Below, piece by piece: positions 27,002 to 36,087 of a DNA stretch of 39,515 nt (the first letter of the stretch is position 1; each line of letters starts with the position of its first letter). The stretch is from a virus. Taxonomy: Duplodnaviria > Caudoviricetes. The notes under the pieces are model-generated. The model was not told where the DNA came from. It saw only the letters and a program-made list of their open reading frames with translations, and searched no databases. The stretch lies in the IMG/VR virus record IMGVR_UViG_3300025502_000060, positions 1 through 39,515 of that record. One strand, given 5' to 3'. The position numbers and the translations under genes are program-made.

Positions 27002-28376
27002 GCCATTTACACTCCTGCCAAAATTCTTTCATTTGTGGAAAGGTGTCCAGGAAGTCTGTGTTCCTGCGCTTGTCATATTCATTGAAGAAACGATAGAAAT
27101 CAGCACGGGTGTCGTGTATGTATTTCTCATTAAGTTTCTTACCCTTCCTCATCCAGGTAACATCACGCTCTAGACGCTGTATCTCATAATCTTTAAATCC
27201 ATCAAATCGATCACTGTCTTCATCTAATTTATGCAACTTCATCCACTTAACAACATTTTCTAAGATGTGTACATAGCTCTCTGGAAGTATCTGTAGACTT
27301 TGCCAGGTTGGTGTACGCAACACTGGGGTGTCAAACCACACACGTTGATATGTGTGACTATGCATTTTACGCAAATCTAATATCCATTCTAGTTGCCTTT
27401 GCAAGCCGAGCAATGATAGATTATTCATAGTAATAATAAATGTTAAACTATTTCTATTAGGAACATCTGTTAGATACTCGTTAACATTCCTTTCCATTTT
27501 TTTATAATCTAATCCGTGTCTAATATATTCAGCATGCTCTGGATTTCCAGTGTCAAGGCTTACATACTGCATGAAATGTTCTATGCGTTCTCCGGTACAT
27601 AGTTCTTTGACCTTGCCTATGTATTGATCAAATAGTTTGGGTTCTACACTAAAGTTACTGGTAACATCAACATGTAAGTCAGGTTTAGGACTGGCTAATA
27701 TATAATCAAATACTCTGTATGTATTCTTGTCCATCAAGGGTTCGCCACCCGTCATACGGAAGTGTTTTAGTTTAGGGTATAGCTCAGGCCACCAACGCCA
27801 AAATGCTTCTACATAGGGATTGTTTTCTCTAACCGGAATAGGTTGGCGACGTCCTTTAAAATGCATAGGGTCGTTATGTGGGCTCTTTGTTGGATAAGCA
27901 CCCCAACGTTCTATGTCTTTGCCCCATTCAGTTGAAAACTGTGGACTACAATAACTACAAGCAAGATTGCATCCGTGACTAAAATTTACTTCCACATAAC
28001 TCGGAGTAACATCTGCGTCCCATGGTTGATTAACTATGTTATCATAATGTTCTGCGGCCCAAGGCTCACCCGAACGGTAATGGCGGTCACTTAGATGTCC
28101 TGCATCTTCCATAGTCCAACAGTAGTTACACTCTTTAGGTTTCTCACCCGCTAACATCTTCTTGCGTTGTTGTTTTTTGTGTGCGGTGTTGTGCAAGGCG
28201 CTAGGATGGAACTCCAATGGGTGTACATCGATCTCATGCAATGGTGGGTGATAACAACTATTGTTGAGTCCCGTAGGCAAGTGTAGGCTAACCTGTTGCC
28301 ATTTTGCCAGGCAGAGGCTAGGACCTAGTTTTGCCTTCATCTCTTCAGCGGCTGACATAAATTTACTTTTACTCAC
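26985..28376 (-). CDS. radical SAM protein with N-terminal twitch-like domain
   Basis: CLAKW...SCYH, CNYCW..E..G..SDR, CNLACSYC, TGGEP, EYIR.G. Confidence 0.9.
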   Translation of the reverse strand: MSKSKFMSAAEEMKAKLGPSLCLAKWQQVSLHLPTGLNNSCYHPPLHEIDVHPLEFHPSALHNTAHKKQQRKKMLAGEKPKECNYCWTMEDAGHLSDRHYRSGEPWAAEHYDNIVNQPWDADVTPSYVEVNFSHGCNLACSYCSPQFSTEWGKDIERWGAYPTKSPHNDPMHFKGRRQPIPVRENNPYVEAFWRWWPELYPKLKHFRMTGGEPLMDKNTYRVFDYILASPKPDLHVDVTSNFSVEPKLFDQYIGKVKELCTGERIEHFMQYVSLDTGNPEHAEYIRHGLDYKKMERNVNEYLTDVPNRNSLTFIITMNNLSLLGLQRQLEWILDLRKMHSHTYQRVWFDTPVLRTPTWQSLQILPESYVHILENVVKWMKLHKLDEDSDRFDGFKDYEIQRLERDVTWMRKGKKLNEKYIHDTRADFYRFFNEYDKRRNTDFLDTFPQMKEFWQECKWHAENT

Positions 28377-29262
28377 GTTCCATTACTCCTTTGTTTTTAA
28401 ACCCTCTCTTGTAGTGATGTTTGAAGAACTTACTTTGTTCAGCATTATAGTTAAGGGCTGGCAAATCTAATCTCCTGAGCTGTTGCCCATATTGATCTAA
28501 CATTGCGTGTACATCAGTATCTTTCATTTTATTCCATTTTTCTTCTAAATAGTCAAACCATTGCACTTCTGTATAGTCCCAATCATGTAACATCGTTAGG
28601 CATGTACCTAATCTGGCACCTGCCATTGCCCATAATCCATTTTCCACATCAGCTCCTATGTTATGCCATACTGTTAAATGGTCTAAATTGCGACTGTGTG
28701 CTTTTTGTTTAAATTCTTCTAGTTTAGGTTTTGTTCCTCTGTCTAAACACATCTTGACCCCTTCACGGAATCCTGCACGCCATGCCTGAAAGGGTGTTGC
28801 GTTAGGGTATGTAGTTGAATAACAGTCATTCATTGCCCAGTATAAAGGATCAAAACAAAATTCTACACTAGTAGCATCATCTCCATCTGTATTCTCATGT
28901 GTCTTCATGTTGTAAATGAATTCTTTAGTCCAACAACTCATTCCACCATTGCCATACATCAATCCGTTTACGTTGTTTGTGGCCTTCCAACGGAACACAA
29001 CATCTTTGTTATCATCATCTAAGGTTAATTGTAAATTAAAAAACTCAGATTCTGGCAAGTTGTCACCATCTATTAGAACAAAACGATCTGTGTCACTGGC
29101 ATCGGCCGCGGCTTTGTGTGCGGCATCACTGCCTTTAACTCCGTCCACACGTTTTGCCCATGGAACCATGTTCTGTATCTTGATCCAAAACTCTTCCTTC
29201 TTGGGCTCATCATAGCTTAAATAGATGCAATCTAAATCAGCTATATCAACTATTTGTATCAT
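28369..29262 (-). CDS. glycosyltransferase-like protein (GT-A fold)
   Basis: YLSYDEP, RVDGVKGSDAAHKAAA, DGDN (DxD), YGNGG; ATG 29262 preferred to 29334, which lies deep in the upstream gene. Confidence 0.7.
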   Translation of the reverse strand: MIQIVDIADLDCIYLSYDEPKKEEFWIKIQNMVPWAKRVDGVKGSDAAHKAAADASDTDRFVLIDGDNLPESEFFNLQLTLDDDNKDVVFRWKATNNVNGLMYGNGGMSCWTKEFIYNMKTHENTDGDDATSVEFCFDPLYWAMNDCYSTTYPNATPFQAWRAGFREGVKMCLDRGTKPKLEEFKQKAHSRNLDHLTVWHNIGADVENGLWAMAGARLGTCLTMLHDWDYTEVQWFDYLEEKWNKMKDTDVHAMLDQYGQQLRRLDLPALNYNAEQSKFFKHHYKRGFKNKGVMERE

Positions 29263-29593
29263 AGTACTCCACGTCGTGATGTGTTTCCGTTTCCAACAAG
29301 ACACCTGCATGATTCTTGACCACGCGATATCCACTGTCGCTACTCTTTAATTGTACATGATATCCAGTGGGTTTGTCAATGATCTTAGGCTTTCCATCAA
29401 CTATTTCATATCGCCAATAGTTAGTGTAGAGATCTTTATCTACTACCAAATATTGTGTGTCGTCAGGGTGTTGTTGCATGGTACACAAATAGATCTGACC
29501 ATGTTCATCATAATGCAATCTATATTCCAGAGTCTCTGGTATTATCTCTGGCCATTGTTTCATGGCTTCCTGATATTCTAATTCAGTAAACAT
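29246..29593 (-). CDS. hypothetical protein
   Basis: 115-aa ORF overlapping both neighbours. Confidence 0.7.
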   Translation of the reverse strand: MFTELEYQEAMKQWPEIIPETLEYRLHYDEHGQIYLCTMQQHPDDTQYLVVDKDLYTNYWRYEIVDGKPKIIDKPTGYHVQLKSSDSGYRVVKNHAGVLLETETHHDVEYYDTNS

Positions 29594-30426
29594 TGTTCAT
29601 ACCTCTCAATCAGTTGGTCACTAACCCAAGATTTTTCTTGATAGTGCAATGGATGATATTGATTAACATTATTGATACGTAGCATAGGAAGATCAATCTC
29701 AGTTAACACCAATTCAGGCCATGTCTTATCTTCAGGCCATTGGTTAATTGCGTTCTTCATGTGGGTAAAATTAATAAAGTCACAACTAGGTAAAGTGCAT
29801 TGATCAACTCCAATAGTCTTTGCCACTATAGCGTATATTAAATCAGTTGTTGGCTCTTCGTAACTGCAATTAATTAGTATGTTCTCTTTAATAGTGTTCC
29901 ATTCAGCAAATATCTTACGGGCTAACTCAAAGAAGTTATTTCCAGTTTGGCTATAACGGAAGTACATCAACCCATTGTAAACATCTGGTAAGTCGTTGGC
30001 ATCAAATATTCTTCTATATCTTCTTGACTGCGCCGGTCTGCCCCGGTAATCTTTGGCACCTAGACTTAATACCACGTCACGGTGTCTAAATGCTGTCCAC
30101 CAATGTTCAATGCTACGTGTAAACAGGATGTCACTTTCTACTTTGATTGTTTCTTTGAAGGGAGTTAACGCAAATACCTGCCACTCGTTGGCCAATTTCC
30201 ATTTGTCATCTTTAGCATGATCAACAGGCATCACTATCACATGATCAAATACCTTTCGATGTTGTTCTGTTACTTGGGCAAGGGTTGGTTCGTCTACTAT
30301 AACAGCATATTGGCTACCAGGCATAGATAATTTAATACTCATGGCCTGTGCGTAGGCCAATCGTAGATAGTCTACATCACTATTCTGTGCAATGCTTAAG
30401 AATCCTTTTGCCGCTATTCTTGGCAT
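29578..30426 (-). CDS. glycosyltransferase-like protein (GT8-like fold)
   Basis: YL.LA..QAMSIK, FDHVI, TPF.ETI..ESD (DxD-like), N.G..YF, HY..K. Confidence 0.7.
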   Translation of the reverse strand: MPRIAAKGFLSIAQNSDVDYLRLAYAQAMSIKLSMPGSQYAVIVDEPTLAQVTEQHRKVFDHVIVMPVDHAKDDKWKLANEWQVFALTPFKETIKVESDILFTRSIEHWWTAFRHRDVVLSLGAKDYRGRPAQSRRYRRIFDANDLPDVYNGLMYFRYSQTGNNFFELARKIFAEWNTIKENILINCSYEEPTTDLIYAIVAKTIGVDQCTLPSCDFINFTHMKNAINQWPEDKTWPELVLTEIDLPMLRINNVNQYHPLHYQEKSWVSDQLIERYEQCLLN

Positions 30427-31184
30427 ATCATATCCACAAATTGTTCATGCTGGTCAGATAGCAGATAGTCCTTGTCCATAATATGCATCGACTGCCTTGC
30501 AAAGACGTGTGCATCAGTCGCTTCTCTCACTATTAACATGTTCTTGTTTATCTCAATTTTATCTATCAGATTTTCCATGGTCAACATAATCCATGGTATG
30601 CCAGGACTAGATGTATATCCGTTAATGATATTATCTGCAATCGCAAAAGCGTAGTCGTTGCGGAAGGTCTTACCTCTTAAATGGTACAGTTTTCCGTAGT
30701 ACGGATAATTACGTTGGATCCTGCCCACCAGATCAAATAACTTCTTAGTTTTTGCAGTTTTCTTAAACACAACAACAGTAGCCCAAACAAAATCTAGGCT
30801 TAGTATTCCCATGTCCCCATCTTGGCTTGCTCTTGGGCTTTGGTTGTTGGTCATTATCCTGTAGTCGTCAAGGGTGTCCATTATCTTAATAAGATTATTA
30901 TCTAACACCAAATAATCGCTGTCCATTAATATAGTTTCGTCATACGGGCTAAGTTCGTAGGCACGATATCTATCACCATTAAACCATTGGGTACCTCGCG
31001 CATACCCTGATCTCACATTGGTCTGCGGAGATTGCATTTCAGTTATTATAGTAACTGGCAAGCCTAAGGTATGTTTGATTAATCGTGAGGCACGCTCTGC
31101 AATTTTGACATAGTCGACAGTGTCGGTATTAAAGGCAAATAACAGGACGCCTCTAGACTTTTCGTTGGCGTTTAAGTTGTTCAT
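30414..31184 (-). CDS. glycosyltransferase-like protein (GT8-like fold), paralog of 29578-30426
   Basis: DY..IA....IK, SPYDETILMDSD (DxD), WATVVVF, RNDYAF, H..K. Confidence 0.7.
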   Translation of the reverse strand: MNNLNANEKSRGVLLFAFNTDTVDYVKIAERASRLIKHTLGLPVTIITEMQSPQTNVRSGYARGTQWFNGDRYRAYELSPYDETILMDSDYLVLDNNLIKIMDTLDDYRIMTNNQSPRASQDGDMGILSLDFVWATVVVFKKTAKTKKLFDLVGRIQRNYPYYGKLYHLRGKTFRNDYAFAIADNIINGYTSSPGIPWIMLTMENLIDKIEINKNMLIVREATDAHVFARQSMHIMDKDYLLSDQHEQFVDMICQE

Positions 31185-31467
31185 GCTCGATATGCCAAGT
31201 ATTCATTACCATTTGATAGTGTTCTTGACATTTGGTTAAAAACTCTTGTCTATTGACATTAATTGGATTTTGATATGTGTCTTCCAGGAATAGTTCGTTG
31301 TCGGGCCACGTGGCTAGGAAGGCAATTAATTCGGTGGTAACCAAAAATAAACCATTGTTGTGTGTTACGTGTAAGTCTGTCTTAATCTTCTCACGTAAGA
31401 TACGTTTATTAGTTTGGTAATCCGTTGACTGCTTGATTTGTTCTACTAGTTCATTGATTTCGCTCAT
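31153..31467 (-). CDS. hypothetical protein, first gene of the modification cluster
   Basis: 104 aa; GATAAATA box 5 nt before ATG. Confidence 0.75.
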   Translation of the reverse strand: MSEINELVEQIKQSTDYQTNKRILREKIKTDLHVTHNNGLFLVTTELIAFLATWPDNELFLEDTYQNPINVNRQEFLTKCQEHYQMVMNTWHIEHEQLKRQRKV

Positions 31468-31472
31468 ACTAC

Positions 31473-31480
31473 TATTTATC
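31473..31480 (-). promoter_or_regulatory. late-promoter-like box GATAAATA heading the modification cluster
   Basis: Same motif and 5-nt spacing as at 17487-17494 and 36078-36085; lies just downstream of a terminator. Confidence 0.65.
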
Positions 31481-31497
31481 GGTCAGTTTTTAGAGGC

Positions 31498-31525
31498 AAA
31501 AAAAAGCACTCCGTAGAGTGCTTTT
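31498..31525 (-). terminator. rho-independent terminator
   Basis: Minus strand AAAAGCACTC-TACG-GAGTGC followed by T8, after the last tail gene. Confidence 0.88.
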
Positions 31526-31545
31526 GATAACAAATTTCTGTTATG

Positions 31546-32505
31546 TTATGCTAAGGCTGATGTTGGAGTGCCCCAAGTTGTAGCCAAATATGTTGTTTCT
31601 GGATAAACTATGTCTACTCTGTGACGTAGTGTCATTGATATTGTGTCATCCCATGTAACATCTGACACATATAAGTTTATACGGAATACTACTGTTGCAC
31701 CCTTGGATCCGTCGGTAGTAGTAGCATCGTCTGTGAACACTGATAGTCGACCATAACTGTCAGTGTATGCGGCTGTGGTGTCAGTTACTTGGACTACGAT
31801 GGTTGCACCAGTGGTGTTGTCAAAATAACCATGTGTGGTAAGATTGGTGTTCAGGGTAATGCCAGACCCAGTACGTCCACCGTTAGTTGTTTGTTTAAAG
31901 TCAACACCGCCGATGCCAGCGATCAATCGATCAACGCTCTGTTCTGCTCCACTGCCTCCACCACTCACTGTTACAATTCTGTAATTTAATTGACCACCTG
32001 CGTTAAAGAAGTATCTTGCCGCTTGAGCTGAAGCAAATGTTAATTTAGCGTCATAGTTCGTTGCAATGGATAGGCCTGTTGTCGAACTTATTGCGTCATC
32101 AAGGTTTCCGCCAGTTGTTGTTGACCCTTGTGATGCAAATGTATCTTTGTTAGTTACGACAGTATTAACTGCTGTTGCTACGTTGGCGTATGCCGCAATT
32201 GTTGCACCAGCGACTATACCAACGTTTGAACCGTTAGCTATAGGTGTTCCACCTTGATGGTTTAATGTTTTATTTAAATGATATACAAACCCACTCCATT
32301 GCGCGGCTGTGGCAGTTACTCCGCCGGCTACGCTAAGGGTACTAATTGCTGACACATCCTGTCCGTAGCCATAAAGTCCGGTTCCGTGTCCCCAAACTAC
32401 TGCTAGGTTGTTAATTGCTGTGGTGTAGGTTCCACTAGTATTTCCTCCCCAAGTAAGCCAATTGTAGTCTTGGGCTTGTATTAATTCACCAGTTGTGTAT
32501 GCCAT
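31546..32505 (-). CDS. putative virion structural (tail/baseplate-associated) protein
   Basis: Thr/Gly/Ala-rich; G...YGYGQ, TAAQW, F.S...ARYFFNAGG motifs; located in the tail module. Confidence 0.65.
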   Translation of the reverse strand: MAYTTGELIQAQDYNWLTWGGNTSGTYTTAINNLAVVWGHGTGLYGYGQDVSAISTLSVAGGVTATAAQWSGFVYHLNKTLNHQGGTPIANGSNVGIVAGATIAAYANVATAVNTVVTNKDTFASQGSTTTGGNLDDAISSTTGLSIATNYDAKLTFASAQAARYFFNAGGQLNYRIVTVSGGGSGAEQSVDRLIAGIGGVDFKQTTNGGRTGSGITLNTNLTTHGYFDNTTGATIVVQVTDTTAAYTDSYGRLSVFTDDATTTDGSKGATVVFRINLYVSDVTWDDTISMTLRHRVDIVYPETTYLATTWGTPTSALA

Positions 32506-32545
32506 TTTACGCTGTTCCTAAAATTGTGTAATTTGTATAATTATA

Positions 32546-33994
32546 TTAACTATTTAGCTTGACTATGGCTTCTATAATTCCTTCGCCAGCTGTGTTCTTG
32601 CTTTCTAATGCACGTCCGAGGACGTTAAACGCTGTAATCTCATTTTTTGAAGCTGATCGTGCTAACCCAGCACCTGCTGACACTAGTCGATCACCTTTTG
32701 TTACGGTTCCAATTGCTCGAACAGGAACTCTTCCTTGCATTGCTATCGGTGGATGTGTAACATCACTGCCCGCGTCGCCATTCATTAAAAACCCTGCACG
32801 TGTACTTATCACTCCAAACACCGTGTCACTTAAATCTTGCATTGCCGCTGTAATTTCTTTAACTCCGCCAAGTTCAACAACTGTTCCTGGCAAGTAAGAA
32901 TTGTCTGCTTCAAAACGTTCAGCCAAATCCGCATATTGTGCTGTAATAGCAGTGCCACGGAATGTTGTAGCCCATACGTTTGCAAATTTTAAAGATGTTG
33001 ATCCAAGCTCAATGGTGTTGTCTGCGGACGGTTTAATTTGTGCCGCCGCAGTTGTTATACCATTTAATTGTAATGTTGAGCTACATGTTGTCGCACCACT
33101 CAATGTGGTCGCACCCGAAACTTGGAAATCATTTGATGTTGTAAGTTTAGCAGTAGTTCCTGCAATGCCGAGGGCTTTAGTACTTACACCACCTTTATTA
33201 ACATATAGATTTAGGTCTTTGTTGCTGGTTCCATTGACTACATTAATATCACCGGAGCTAGATGACACTGTTAAATCACTTCCAACTAACAGTTGTCCGA
33301 CAGTTAATGCATATGATGTACTAGCCGCCGCATCACTGCGTAAGAATTGACTGGCTGTAATGCCTGACAAAGAAGATGCATTAGTTACTGTACCAGTAAA
33401 CACCGCTCCCGATATTGATGAGCTTAAATTAAATCCTGGAACTACTGTAGTAAATCCACTGATTCCTGTTGCTGGAGTAAATGTTGCGTCTTTGCTTAAT
33501 ATCGCAACCACTGTATTACTAATGTAGAATTTAACAACCACATGACTTGCCGCGCCACTGTCTAATATTGTTTCAACAACAGTACCCGAGGTGCCTGATG
33601 TAGTTGTGTAACTAGGACCAACAGTGATCCAAGCACTTCCGCTCCATACTTTTAATTGTGCATTAGCTGAGTCGTACCATAAGTCACCAGTAATTGGGCT
33701 TGCTGGTTGTGTAGTACCACTTGCCGAACTTGAAATGGGTTTCCAAAGGCTACCATTGTATACTTTTAACAGTGAATTTGTACTGTCATACCATAGCTGT
33801 CCTGCTAGTGGTTGTGTTGGTGCTGATGAATTATAAAAATTTTCTAATAGCTTGATGTAATTTTCATTTAAGAAAATACCATAACCGGCATAGTTCTTAC
33901 CAATTAAGGTTAAACTCGTAGCCGTGCTATTTACGGTGCCATCTGCAACCGATGCTAACGTTGATCCAGCTGTTGTAGTAATTGTATATGCCAT
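32546..33994 (-). CDS. tail fibre-like protein with C-terminal peptidase G2-like autocleavage chaperone domain
   Basis: Repeated P..G.LWYD...LKV; C-terminal AQYADLAE...GTVV..GG...GVIST...GRVPV...KGD.LVS. Confidence 0.78.
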   Translation of the reverse strand: MAYTITTTAGSTLASVADGTVNSTATSLTLIGKNYAGYGIFLNENYIKLLENFYNSSAPTQPLAGQLWYDSTNSLLKVYNGSLWKPISSSASGTTQPASPITGDLWYDSANAQLKVWSGSAWITVGPSYTTTSGTSGTVVETILDSGAASHVVVKFYISNTVVAILSKDATFTPATGISGFTTVVPGFNLSSSISGAVFTGTVTNASSLSGITASQFLRSDAAASTSYALTVGQLLVGSDLTVSSSSGDINVVNGTSNKDLNLYVNKGGVSTKALGIAGTTAKLTTSNDFQVSGATTLSGATTCSSTLQLNGITTAAAQIKPSADNTIELGSTSLKFANVWATTFRGTAITAQYADLAERFEADNSYLPGTVVELGGVKEITAAMQDLSDTVFGVISTRAGFLMNGDAGSDVTHPPIAMQGRVPVRAIGTVTKGDRLVSAGAGLARSASKNEITAFNVLGRALESKNTAGEGIIEAIVKLNS

Positions 33995-34031
33995 TTTTAT
34001 TACCTAATTATATATGTTATTTATCTTAATA

Positions 34032-35393
34032 CTATGCTTCACGTTGGAACCAGATATCACCATCATTTGACCCAACATCGTTAACACCTGCATCCGGTGC
34101 CGCTGTACTAACCCACTTAGCACTTCTATGTGCGCTATTACCCCACCAAGTTGATGCTGTCTTAACAAATTGTGTTGTTGCTACTCTAGCATTACCAGTA
34201 CCATTGTAGGCATCTGTTTGTGTAATTGCTGTCGCACCATTTGTAAGATTAAATCCACTACTACTAGCTGTCGCTACTGTCGTTCCGCTGACTACTACGT
34301 TTACTGACGTTGTATCAGTCCAAACATGTGTAGTTCCGTTGTAAACTTTGTATGGAAACAATCCTGCTGAACCATTAACCACAAATGCTGTGGTAGCAAC
34401 TGTAGTGTCTGCTGTACCAGCTGATTGTGTTGGTGCTGTCAAGTTTCCGGTAAATGCGCCAGTTCCTGCTACTGTTAACGCACCACCTACTGATGCTGTT
34501 GTGCCTACGGTTAACTCACCTGTTGTTGCTACTGACACCATTCTTGCTATACCTGCGTTAGCATCTAGATGTAACGTGTTTGTGTCAACTCCACCAACAT
34601 TAAGATAGAAGTTCATGTCGCCATTTGATTTTGTATTTCTAACAGTTGCGTTGCCAGTTGAATCTGTAGCTATTGTAAGGTTACTGTCTAGCCCAATGGT
34701 TAGGTTAGCTAATGTTACTGCACCTGTAGCTGTATCATTTGCATCTGACCGTAGATAGCTTGCCGCTAGTTGTCCACCTAGGTATGATGAGTTGTTTGCT
34801 AATCCCCAGAATGTAGCACTTCCTACGCTGGTATTAGCATTGATACCTGTTTTAATTGTTGAGAATCCAGTGATAGCAACATTAGGAGTAAACTCGGTGT
34901 CTAAACTAATGATCTCTGTTCTTGCATTATTTAATTTTACACTTAGTACGTCATGTACTACTAGTCCGGTATCAGTAATTTGTTCCCAAATAGCACCACT
35001 ACCGTTACGTTGTGGGCCTACTAGGATCCACGTTGCACCATCATAAATGTATAGTTGTGCATTAGCAGAATCAAACCACAAATCACCCGATATTGACCCT
35101 GAAGGTGCTGAACTTGCCACTGTGGCACTGCTGATAACTTTAAAGGCTGACCCTGTGTATACTTTTAATCTACCAGTACCGGTATCCCACCATAGTTGTC
35201 CTGCTAGCGGATTGCTAGGACTTGACGAATACGCAAAGTTCTCTATAATATGAACTAGATCATTAGCAATAAATTGCCCATAATTACTATAATTACGTCC
35301 AATTAATGTCAAGCTAGTAAAGCTAGTATTAATGGTTCCGTCTGTTATAGTACCTAGCGAGGTTCCGTCTGTTTTAGTTATGGTGTAAGCCAT
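34032..35393 (-). CDS. tail fibre-like protein, N-terminal paralog of 32546-33994
   Basis: Shared MAYTIT...DGT.N...TSLTLIG.NY..YG...ENF...PLAGQLW; two VATT.FV fibre repeats; GDIW terminal motif. Confidence 0.78.
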   Translation of the reverse strand: MAYTITKTDGTSLGTITDGTINTSFTSLTLIGRNYSNYGQFIANDLVHIIENFAYSSSPSNPLAGQLWWDTGTGRLKVYTGSAFKVISSATVASSAPSGSISGDLWFDSANAQLYIYDGATWILVGPQRNGSGAIWEQITDTGLVVHDVLSVKLNNARTEIISLDTEFTPNVAITGFSTIKTGINANTSVGSATFWGLANNSSYLGGQLAASYLRSDANDTATGAVTLANLTIGLDSNLTIATDSTGNATVRNTKSNGDMNFYLNVGGVDTNTLHLDANAGIARMVSVATTGELTVGTTASVGGALTVAGTGAFTGNLTAPTQSAGTADTTVATTAFVVNGSAGLFPYKVYNGTTHVWTDTTSVNVVVSGTTVATASSSGFNLTNGATAITQTDAYNGTGNARVATTQFVKTASTWWGNSAHRSAKWVSTAAPDAGVNDVGSNDGDIWFQREA

Positions 35394-35415
35394 TTCCTTT
35401 TCCTAAATTATATTT

Positions 35416-36072
35416 CTATGTTAAATTTGTTAATGTCTGTATTCGTACTGTATAATCAATCTGTATCAATCTATTCATTGATTTTTGTACTGGACTGAAA
35501 ATCACATGTGTTAATAATTTTCCAAGCCCTACTCCGCTTGAAGTATACCCTTTAAGTCCTAGTTCGTCAAATACAAAATCACCGTTTAGATTTTGACTAT
35601 TGTCAAAAACAGCTTGCCCACTGGGCTCACCGTAGTCTAACAAACAACTAATCACAATATCAGTATAGATCAATCCAGGTGTGTGTATGACAGTTATCTT
35701 GTTCCTAGTAGGATCAGTATTTGCCGCATTTGTATCGTCTACTATCTTGTAATACTGCGGACTGTATAGATCCGCATTTTGCACATTAGTGTTTGTAGGA
35801 AGATATGTAATAACCCCAGTTGGATCAACAGTAGTTCCGCCGTTACCAAAATGCATCTCTGTAATAAATTGACTGTCTTTATTGCTTATGTTAAGAGCCA
35901 ATGCTTCACTCATATTTTCATAATGAATGGCATTACGTTTATCAACAAATATTTCCTCTGTTTCGGGATCAAATATCTTGATATGGCCCTGTAGAAGTAT
36001 TCCACTTCGTTCATCAGGCTGTTTAATTTTTGTTTGATTGTCCATAGACTCTTCTTGCTTCTTGTTATCCAT
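35416..36072 (-). CDS. putative baseplate/tail structural protein
   Basis: G.IKI.D, KRNAI, FGNGG, FDELGL, LTHVIF.PVQKS.NR...I.YT motifs; flanked by fibre genes. Confidence 0.6.
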   Translation of the reverse strand: MDNKKQEESMDNQTKIKQPDERSGILLQGHIKIFDPETEEIFVDKRNAIHYENMSEALALNISNKDSQFITEMHFGNGGTTVDPTGVITYLPTNTNVQNADLYSPQYYKIVDDTNAANTDPTRNKITVIHTPGLIYTDIVISCLLDYGEPSGQAVFDNSQNLNGDFVFDELGLKGYTSSGVGLGKLLTHVIFSPVQKSMNRLIQIDYTVRIQTLTNLT

Positions 36073-36087
36073 ATGCTTATTTATCGC

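Noticed and set aside
29263-29334. ORF-track N-terminal extension of the glycosyltransferase (also extended starts at 695 and 13788)
   Set aside because: Long overlaps with upstream genes; downstream ATGs give typical coupled starts
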